DNA of 64,000 nucleotides. Origin: a virus. The stretch lies in the IMG/VR virus record IMGVR_UViG_3300023174_000061. One strand, given 5' to 3'. The notes under the pieces were generated by a model, which was given only the letters and a program-made list of their open reading frames with translations, did not search any database and was not told the origin of the DNA. Positions 57,157-64,000 of this stretch are shown piece by piece (the stretch's first letter is position 1; every line of letters starts with the position of its first letter). The position numbers were made by a program, and so were the translations under genes.

Positions 57157-58590
57157 ATGCAAATGTTCAACGCAGAACATCTGCAGGAGAAGTGGGCACC
57201 ACTCCTTGACTATCAGGGACTTGATGGAATCAAAGATTCACATCGTAGAATGGTAACCGCAGTTCTCCTGGAGAATCAAGAGAAATTCCTTCGTGAGGAA
57301 AGAGAATTCCTTGGCGAAGCATCATATAGTGGTTCAACTACTAGTAGTGCTGGTTTTGGTGGTGGATATGGTGCTAGTGGAAACGCAGCAGCTGGTCCAG
57401 TTGCAGGTTTCGACCCTGTTCTAATCAGCTTAATCCGTCGTTCAATGCCTAACTTGGTCGCATATGACCTCGCAGGTGTTCAACCAATGAACGGTCCCAC
57501 AGGACTCATCTTCGCAATGCGTTCACGTTATACCAGTCAATCAGGTGCTGAAGCATTCTTCGATGAAGTTGATACTCAGTTCTCTGGAAGAAAGGGAACT
57601 CAAACCCAGTATGCTGTTGATCCTACTATTGAAGCAAACGTAGGTTTCGGTACTACTGCTTCACAAACTGGTAGCAACCCCGGTCTTCTGAATGCTGTTG
57701 GTACTGCTGGTACTTCCTACAACGTAGGTGGTGGTATGGCTACCTATGATGCAGAAAGACTTGGTGCATCAGGTTCTGAAAGTTTCAACGAAATGGCATT
57801 CTCAATCGAGAAAGTCACCGTTACTGCAAAGTCAAGAGCACTCAAGGCTGAGTATTCATTAGAGCTCGCACAAGACCTCAAGGCAATTCATGGTCTGAAT
57901 GCTGAAGCGGAATTGGCAAACATTCTCTCAACTGAGATTCTTGCTGAAATCAACCGTGAAGTTATTCGTACCATCTACAAGACTGCTGAAGCTGGTGCTC
58001 AGTTCAACACTGCTACTGCTGGTACTTTTGACCTTGACGTTGATTCCAACGGTCGTTGGTCGGTTGAGAAATTCAAAGGTCTTATCTTCCAAATCGAGCG
58101 TGATGCTAACGCAATCGCACAAAGAACTCGTAGAGGAAAAGGCAACATCATCATGTGTTCTTCGGATGTTGCTTCTGCACTTTCGATGGCTGGTCTTCTT
58201 GACTACACCCCTGCACTCAATGCAAACCTTAACGTAGACGATACTGGCAATACTTTTGCTGGTGTTCTTAACGGTAAGTATAAAGTTTATATCGACCCAT
58301 ATTCGGGTGGTGCTGGTAACCCAGCAACTGGTGCAACTGGTGGTCAGTACTATGTTGTCGGTTATAAGGGTTCTTCCCCTTATGATGCAGGTCTCTTCTA
58401 TTGTCCTTATGTTCCTCTCCAAATGGTTCGTGCCGTTGGTGAGAACACCTTCCAACCAAAAATTGGCTTTAAGACCCGTTATGGTCTTGTTGCTAACCCA
58501 TTTGCAGAAGGTAAAACACAAGGTCTTGGTCAAATTTCGACCAACTCAAACCGTTACTACAGAAGAGTACAGGTTTCTAACCTTATGTGA
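57157..58590 (+). CDS. gp23: Major capsid protein gp23
   Basis: LQEKWAPLL, GVQPMNGPTGLIFAMRS, FQPKIGFKTRYG. Confidence 0.99.
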   Translation: MQMFNAEHLQEKWAPLLDYQGLDGIKDSHRRMVTAVLLENQEKFLREEREFLGEASYSGSTTSSAGFGGGYGASGNAAAGPVAGFDPVLISLIRRSMPNLVAYDLAGVQPMNGPTGLIFAMRSRYTSQSGAEAFFDEVDTQFSGRKGTQTQYAVDPTIEANVGFGTTASQTGSNPGLLNAVGTAGTSYNVGGGMATYDAERLGASGSESFNEMAFSIEKVTVTAKSRALKAEYSLELAQDLKAIHGLNAEAELANILSTEILAEINREVIRTIYKTAEAGAQFNTATAGTFDLDVDSNGRWSVEKFKGLIFQIERDANAIAQRTRRGKGNIIMCSSDVASALSMAGLLDYTPALNANLNVDDTGNTFAGVLNGKYKVYIDPYSGGAGNPATGATGGQYYVVGYKGSSPYDAGLFYCPYVPLQMVRAVGENTFQPKIGFKTRYGLVANPFAEGKTQGLGQISTNSNRYYRRVQVSNLM

Positions 58591-58611
58591 GTTTCTTTCA
58601 CATTTTTCTTG

Positions 58612-58634
58612 GGGTCCGAAAGGACCCTTTTTTT
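58612..58634 (+). terminator. Intrinsic terminator after gp23
   Basis: GGGTCC-GAAA-GGACCC-TTTTTTT. Confidence 0.92.
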
Positions 58635-58639
58635 ATGCC

Positions 58640-58647
58640 TATAAATA
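58640..58647 (+). promoter_or_regulatory. T4-type late promoter
   Basis: TATAAATA upstream of gp3. Confidence 0.8.
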
Positions 58648-58656
58648 AAAATAAAA

Positions 58657-59199
58657 ATGGCTTCACCCTCGTTATCAAATCAAATTGGAAACAAAAACTA
58701 CCTATCTCCATTAGGTTTTAAGTTTGTATTAGCAAAGTATCCAAAAATTGATTTCTTTTCTAATTCCGCAGAAATACCTGGAATTAATCTTGGTGTAGCA
58801 ATTCAACCTACTTATTTGAAAGATATTCCAATTCCTGGTGATAAGATAACTTATGATGATTTTAATTTAAAATTTTTTGTTGATGAAAATTTAGAAAATT
58901 ATCTTCAAGTTCATAATTGGATAAGAGGTCTTGGATACCCAGAGAACGTTGGGGAATACCAAGAATTTCTCAATCAAGACCCATACAATCCAGGAGTTCA
59001 AAACGCATCTTCGGGTCAATCTGATGGAAGTTTAATCATTTACAACAGCAATTACAATCCAGTAGCATCAGTTAGTTTTAAAGGTTTATTTCCAACATCA
59101 CTTTCTACAATTAATTTTGATGCTACCAATACTGACGTTCAATATGTAACAGCACAGGTAAACTTCAAGTATACTTTATATGATATAACAACTTATTGA
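58657..59199 (+). CDS. gp3: Tail tube terminator/completion protein gp3
   Basis: NYLSPLGFKF, PGDK, VDENLENY, FPTSLS. Confidence 0.92.
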   Translation: MASPSLSNQIGNKNYLSPLGFKFVLAKYPKIDFFSNSAEIPGINLGVAIQPTYLKDIPIPGDKITYDDFNLKFFVDENLENYLQVHNWIRGLGYPENVGEYQEFLNQDPYNPGVQNASSGQSDGSLIIYNSNYNPVASVSFKGLFPTSLSTINFDATNTDVQYVTAQVNFKYTLYDITTY

Positions 59200-59203
59200 A
59201 ACT

Positions 59204-59632
59204 ATGAACCTTGATGAAATACAATTATTATGGGAAAAGGATTCAATTATAGACCAAGATAATTTACACGATGAGTCTATCAAAATACCTGCTCTTCATG
59301 CAAAATATTATAAACTTTATAACAATATTCTTCTTCTTCGAAAACTAGAAGAAAACAAATATAAGATTTTAAAAAAAGAAAAATGGATGTATTACTCTGG
59401 TAAAGCAGAACCAGAAGTATATAAAGAAAAACCATTTGACCATAAGGTTTTGAAACCGGATATAGATAAGTATATGGATGCTGATAAAGACTTAATTAAA
59501 ATAGTATCCAAAATAGACTATTACCAAACGATGCTTAGTTATTTGGAAAGTATATTAAAAACAATCTTAAATAGAACTTATCAAATAAAGAATGCGATTG
59601 AATACATGAGATTTGCAGCAGGATATGGCTAA
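59204..59632 (+). CDS. uvsY: Recombination mediator UvsY
   Basis: ESIKIPALHAKY, YYSGKA, RTYQIKNAIE. Confidence 0.92.
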   Translation: MNLDEIQLLWEKDSIIDQDNLHDESIKIPALHAKYYKLYNNILLLRKLEENKYKILKKEKWMYYSGKAEPEVYKEKPFDHKVLKPDIDKYMDADKDLIKIVSKIDYYQTMLSYLESILKTILNRTYQIKNAIEYMRFAAGYG

Positions 59633-61088
59633 TATTATTATACAAAAAAAGAACGAGATTTATTTAAAAGTCGAAACAGAACCACATATTCATCAAGAGT
59701 TATCTGAGCATTTTACTTTTGATGTCCCTGGAGCAAAATTTATGCCCCAGTATAGGAGCAAATATTGGGATGGAAAAATAAGACTTTATAGTAATCATAC
59801 TGGTGAACTATATGTTGGTCTTTTGGATAAACTAGTTGCTTGGGCAAAAAACTGTGAATATACGGTAGAGTTCAAAGATAATAAGTTTTATGGTTCTCCA
59901 TTTGAGGAGAATGAAATGATTTCGGTGGAAGGTGTCTCTGATTATATGAAGAGTATATCAAGGCACGAACCAAGAGACTATCAAGTAGATGCTGTGTATG
60001 ATGCTCTCAGGTATAATCGTAAGCTTTTAATTTCTCCAACTGCTTCTGGTAAGTCTTTGATGATTTACTCAATCGTTAGATACTTTGTAGAAAAGGAACA
60101 TAATATTTTACTAATTGTTCCTACTACTTCATTAGTAGAACAAATGTATAAAGACTTTGAGGATTATGGGTGGAATGCCGAAGAATATTGCCATAAGATT
60201 TACTCTGGTAAAGAAAAATCTACAAATAAAAATGTAGTCATTACAACCTGGCAGAGTATTTACAACTTACCAAGAACATTCTTTGAGAAATTTGATGTGG
60301 TGATTGGGGATGAAGCACACCAATTTAAGTCTAAATCTTTGGTTGGTATTATGACAAAGATGGACAATACAAAGTATCGTTTTGGGTTCACTGGTACTTT
60401 GGATGGTTCGCAAACTCACAAGTGGGTTCTGGAGGGTTTATTCGGTCCCTCATACAAGGTTACGCAGACACAGGAACTTATTGAAAAAGGTTATCTATCA
60501 AAACTACAAATCAAAGTTCTTTTATTAAAACATAACGAACATCAGTTTGATGAATACGAAGAAGAAATTCAGTATTTGATTACCCACGACAAGAGAAATA
60601 ATTTTATTAAAAACTTATCTTTGGATTTGAAGGGTAATACTTTAATTCTTTATAGTCGTGTTGAAACTCACGGGCAACCTTTGTATGAGATGATAAATAG
60701 TTCAGCAGCAAAAGATAGAAAAATATTTTTTGTCTACGGTGGTGTGGATGCTGAAGAAAGAGAAAAGGTAAGAGAAATTACCGAAAAAGAAAACGATTCA
60801 ATTATCGTTGCTTCATACGGAACATTTAGTACTGGTATTAATATTAAAAATCTCCATAATATTATCTTTGCTAGTCCAAGTAAATCAAGAGTAAGAAATT
60901 TACAATCTATCGGTAGAGTTCTCCGAAAAGGAGAAAACAAAAATAAAGCAGTTCTTTACGATATTGCAGACGACATTACTTACAAATCAAAAAAGAATTA
61001 TACTTTAAATCATTTAATCGAAAGAATTAAAATTTATAATGAAGAAAAGTTTAATTATGAAATTATACAACTAGACTTTAAGAAATAA
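59625..61088 (+). CDS. uvsW: DNA helicase UvsW
   Basis: WDGKIRL, SPTASGKS, GDEAH, LQSIGRVLR; start at ATG 59625. Confidence 0.96.
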   Translation: MANIIIQKKNEIYLKVETEPHIHQELSEHFTFDVPGAKFMPQYRSKYWDGKIRLYSNHTGELYVGLLDKLVAWAKNCEYTVEFKDNKFYGSPFEENEMISVEGVSDYMKSISRHEPRDYQVDAVYDALRYNRKLLISPTASGKSLMIYSIVRYFVEKEHNILLIVPTTSLVEQMYKDFEDYGWNAEEYCHKIYSGKEKSTNKNVVITTWQSIYNLPRTFFEKFDVVIGDEAHQFKSKSLVGIMTKMDNTKYRFGFTGTLDGSQTHKWVLEGLFGPSYKVTQTQELIEKGYLSKLQIKVLLLKHNEHQFDEYEEEIQYLITHDKRNNFIKNLSLDLKGNTLILYSRVETHGQPLYEMINSSAAKDRKIFFVYGGVDAEEREKVREITEKENDSIIVASYGTFSTGINIKNLHNIIFASPSKSRVRNLQSIGRVLRKGENKNKAVLYDIADDITYKSKKNYTLNHLIERIKIYNEEKFNYEIIQLDFKK

Positions 61089-61478
61089 ATGGAAGAAGAT
61101 TTTTATGCTATCATTAAATTAATATCAGGTGAAGAAATACTTTCCAAAGTTTGTCCTTGTGATGAAGACGATAGGATTGTGTTAATTTTAGATAATCCTA
61201 TCACTATGGAGTCCATAACAATTCGTCAACTTGGAATATCAACTATCAAAGTAAGTCCTTGGATAAAGTTTGCTGATGATAGTATGTTTGTAATGGATAT
61301 GGAAAAAGTCATAACAATGACTGAAATAAACGATGAAGATTTAATTAAAATGCATCAAAAGTTTGTTAGGGAGAGAAATAAAAAATCCAATAAAAGTGAA
61401 GTCACTTCTAAAATGGGTTACTTATCTTCTATTGCTGATGCGAGAATATCCTTAGAGAAACTATATAAATCTGTTTAA
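61089..61478 (+). CDS. Conserved Sm-like hypothetical protein between uvsW and gp55
   Basis: YAIIKLISGEEI, PWIK, KMGYLSSI. Confidence 0.8.
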   Translation: MEEDFYAIIKLISGEEILSKVCPCDEDDRIVLILDNPITMESITIRQLGISTIKVSPWIKFADDSMFVMDMEKVITMTEINDEDLIKMHQKFVRERNKKSNKSEVTSKMGYLSSIADARISLEKLYKSV

Positions 61479-61510
61479 AGATATAACTTATCTTCAACCC
61501 TAACAGAGTG

Positions 61511-61562
61511 ATTATAGACACATTCTGTGTAGTTGTCAACTATTGCTATTGTGTGTTATAAT
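61511..61562. promoter_or_regulatory. Overlapping divergent sigma70 promoters upstream of gp55
   Basis: Plus strand: TTGTCA-18-TATAAT; minus strand: TTGACA-17-TATAAT. Confidence 0.75.
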
Positions 61563-61580
61563 AAGGAAAAGTAATTAATT

Positions 61581-62066
61581 ATGTTAATTTCAAAAATGAA
61601 TAAGGTAAAGAAAAATCCACATTATGTAAATAATAAAGATTTTCACGATGCTTTGGTAAATTATAAAATTAAAGTAAATTCGGCAAAGGAAAAAGGTTTA
61701 CCTAATCCAATCATTCCGAATTATCTTGGTGATTGTTTTCTAAAAATTGCAACTCATTTATCATATCGTCCAAACTTTGTGAATTATATGTTCCGTGAAG
61801 ATATGATTTCTGATGGTGTTGAGAATTGCGTTCAGTATATCAATAATTTTGATGTAGAACGTACAAATCCATTTGCGTATTTTACGCAGATTGTTTATTA
61901 TGCTTTCTTGCGTCGTATTCAGAAAGAAAAAAGACAAATGGAAATCAAAGAAAAAATTCTTGAGAAAAGTGGTTTCGACCAAGTATTTTCTGTTGATGGT
62001 GATGGATTTAGTTCTTCTGACTATAATACAATCAAAGAAAACATTCAAATGAAACAATATCAATGA
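61581..62066 (+). CDS. gp55: Late-transcription sigma factor gp55
   Basis: HYVNNKDF, LSYRPNFVNY, NPFAYFTQI..YAFLRRIQKEK. Confidence 0.97.
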   Translation: MLISKMNKVKKNPHYVNNKDFHDALVNYKIKVNSAKEKGLPNPIIPNYLGDCFLKIATHLSYRPNFVNYMFREDMISDGVENCVQYINNFDVERTNPFAYFTQIVYYAFLRRIQKEKRQMEIKEKILEKSGFDQVFSVDGDGFSSSDYNTIKENIQMKQYQ

Positions 62067-63106
62067 AAATTGGATTGATAACAGACAGTCACTATGGGTT
62101 CCGCAAAGCAAATAAAGCGTTTCACGAGTATTTTGCTAAATTTTATGATGAAATCTTTTTTCCAACATTAAAGAAAAATAAAATTAAAACAGTCATTCAT
62201 TTGGGTGATGCTTTTGATAGTCGTAAGGGTATTGATTACTGGGCTCTCGATTGGGCAAAAGAAAATGTTTATGATAGATTTCAAGATTTAGGAATTACTG
62301 TTTATAATATTGTAGGAAATCACGATGCTTATTACAAAAATAGTAATGAAATCAATGCAATAGATACACTTCTTCAACAATATTATAATGTAGTTAGAGT
62401 TTCAAAACCAACAGAATATAATATTGAAGGAATGGAAGCAGTTCTTCTTCCTTGGATATGTACTGATAATGAAAAAGAAACTTTTGAACTTCTTGATAAC
62501 ACAAAAGCAAAAGTTGTTTTTGGTCATCTTGAATTGAATGGATTTTCAGTTTATCCAGGACAATATCAACAGGAAGGATTGGATAAAAAGGTATTTCAAA
62601 AGTTTGATAGAGTTTATTCGGGACATTATCATACTCGTAGTGATGATGGAAAAATCTTTTATCTCGGAAATCCATACCAAATGTTTTGGAATGATTTAAA
62701 TGATAAAAGAGGATTTCATATCTTTGATACGGATGACTATAAATTAGATTACTATCAAAATCCTCATACAATGTTTGAGAGAGTTTATTATGAAAATAAT
62801 AATCCAAAAGATTTTGACGCATCTTATTTGACCGATAAAATGGTTAAAATCGTTGTTCGTCAAAGGGATGACTATAAGATGTTTGATAAGTTTGTTGACG
62901 CAATAGTTAAAGCAAATCCATTAGAACTTAAAATTATTGAGAATGTTGATGTTTATGATGAAGATGTAAATTATGATGAAATCCCTACAGAGGATACATT
63001 GAGTATTTTGGATAAATATGTGGAAGAGTCTGAATTCGAATTAGACAAAAACACAATCAAAAAACTTTTAAGGGAATTTTATAGAGAAGCATTGGAAGTA
63101 GAATAA
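62063..63106 (+). CDS. gp47: Recombination endonuclease subunit gp47 (Mre11/SbcD-like)
   Basis: TDSHYG, HLGDAFD, GNHD, SGHYH. Confidence 0.96.
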   Translation: MKIGLITDSHYGFRKANKAFHEYFAKFYDEIFFPTLKKNKIKTVIHLGDAFDSRKGIDYWALDWAKENVYDRFQDLGITVYNIVGNHDAYYKNSNEINAIDTLLQQYYNVVRVSKPTEYNIEGMEAVLLPWICTDNEKETFELLDNTKAKVVFGHLELNGFSVYPGQYQQEGLDKKVFQKFDRVYSGHYHTRSDDGKIFYLGNPYQMFWNDLNDKRGFHIFDTDDYKLDYYQNPHTMFERVYYENNNPKDFDASYLTDKMVKIVVRQRDDYKMFDKFVDAIVKANPLELKIIENVDVYDEDVNYDEIPTEDTLSILDKYVEESEFELDKNTIKKLLREFYREALEVE

Positions 63107-63393
63107 TGTTTATACTCACCATTTTAGAAAAAGAAGAAGAAGGTGCATACGCAGTAACCGATGCTAATGGTGAGAAAGCATTATATTTTTTTGAAGAAGA
63201 GGATGATGCTGAAAGGTATGCTGGTCTTCTAATGGCTGAAGATTATCCAGAAATGACTGTGATAGAAGTTGATGATGAAATGGGAATAAAGACTTGTGAG
63301 ATGTATGGATATAATTATGTTATAATTAGCCCAAATGAATTTGTGATACCACCAAGAGATTATGATACTATTCAAACGAATCGCATATCGTAA
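63106..63393 (+). CDS. Conserved hypothetical protein
   Basis: EGAYAV...FEEEDDAERYA...VIPP. Confidence 0.8.
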   Translation: MFILTILEKEEEGAYAVTDANGEKALYFFEEEDDAERYAGLLMAEDYPEMTVIEVDDEMGIKTCEMYGYNYVIISPNEFVIPPRDYDTIQTNRIS

Positions 63394-64000
63394 TTTTCTT
63401 TCTTCTGGAAATCAACCAACAGAAATAAAATTTACAGATACGCAAACTACTTTAATTGTCGGTGCAAATGGTTCAGGTAAGAGCACAATGTTGGATGCTC
63501 TTTGCTTTGGATTATTCAATAAAGCATTTCGTAAAATTACAAAAGGGCAATTAGTCAATTCGACCAACGAAAAGGAATGTTTGGTTGAAATTGATTTTAG
63601 TATTGGAACAAAGGAATATAAAATAAAAAGAGGTATTAAACCAACTATTTTTGAAATTTGGATTGATGGTGTCTTGCAAAATCAAGCAGCATCATCAACA
63701 GACCAACAAAAACAACTAGAAGATAGTATTTTAAAATTAAACTATAAGTCATTTACTCAAATTGTAATTTTGGGTAGTGCTTCTTTTGTGCCTTTTATGC
63801 AATTATCTACGGCAAATCGTAGAGAAGTTGTAGAAGATTTATTGGATATAAAAATCTTTTCTGCAATGAATGCAGTGATTAAAGATAGAATTAAAAATAC
63901 AAATGATAAAATTAAAGAATTTTCTTTAAAGCAATCTATGACCGAAGAAAAGGTTGAGATGCAAAAGGAGTTTATTGAAAGTATTGAAAAAAGTGGTAAA
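63362..64000 (+). CDS. gp46: Recombination ATPase subunit gp46 (Rad50/SbcC-like), 3'-truncated by the window
   Basis: MILFKRIAYRNFLSSGN...GANGSGKSTMLDAL...SFVPFMQL...RREVVEDLLDI; absent from the ORF track because it has no stop. Confidence 0.95.
   Translation, partial: MILFKRIAYRNFLSSGNQPTEIKFTDTQTTLIVGANGSGKSTMLDALCFGLFNKAFRKITKGQLVNSTNEKECLVEIDFSIGTKEYKIKRGIKPTIFEIWIDGVLQNQAASSTDQQKQLEDSILKLNYKSFTQIVILGSASFVPFMQLSTANRREVVEDLLDIKIFSAMNAVIKDRIKNTNDKIKEFSLKQSMTEEKVEMQKEFIESIEKSGK

Noticed and set aside
46108-58590. Introns, inteins or homing endonucleases in gp17/gp20/gp23
   Set aside because: ORFs are continuous and of normal length; no HNH, GIY-YIG or LAGLIDADG motifs recognised

Overview
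64 kb of a T4-like cyanomyovirus (Kyanoviridae-type gene content and order; a cyanobacterial host is inferred, not shown). Essentially all genes are on the + strand. (1) 1-12.4 kb is an early/accessory region of about 40 small ORFs. It is cut into modules by ten copies of one regulatory element: a 24-bp palindrome (TGTGCCAST-N6-ASTGKCMCA) fixed 28-30 nt upstream of a -10 box, with no -35. The cargo includes a putative restriction-modification pair, an ArdA-like DNA mimic, an orphan Xre/MbcA/ParS-like antitoxin, a PlcP/LpxH-like phosphoesterase, an SF2 helicase, an atypical tRNA-Thr and a candidate structured ncRNA. (2) 12.4-13.5 kb is a ~1.1 kb non-coding region with origin-like architecture: an AT-rich tract, six perfect cyanobacterial-type DnaA boxes (3 forward, 3 reverse), two other short repeat families, outward-facing sigma70 promoters and a visible C-to-G skew switch. 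(3) 13.5-16.2 kb holds a glycosyltransferase, an ATP-grasp-like protein and speD. (4) 16.2-59.2 kb is the virion module (gp25, gp6, 4328-aa gp7-like, gp8, VrlC-like, gp13-gp23, gp3). (5) 59.2-64 kb holds uvsY, uvsW, gp55, gp47 and partial gp46. The RGCY tetramer looks strongly avoided throughout. All calls were made by eye and from motif recall; no searches were run.
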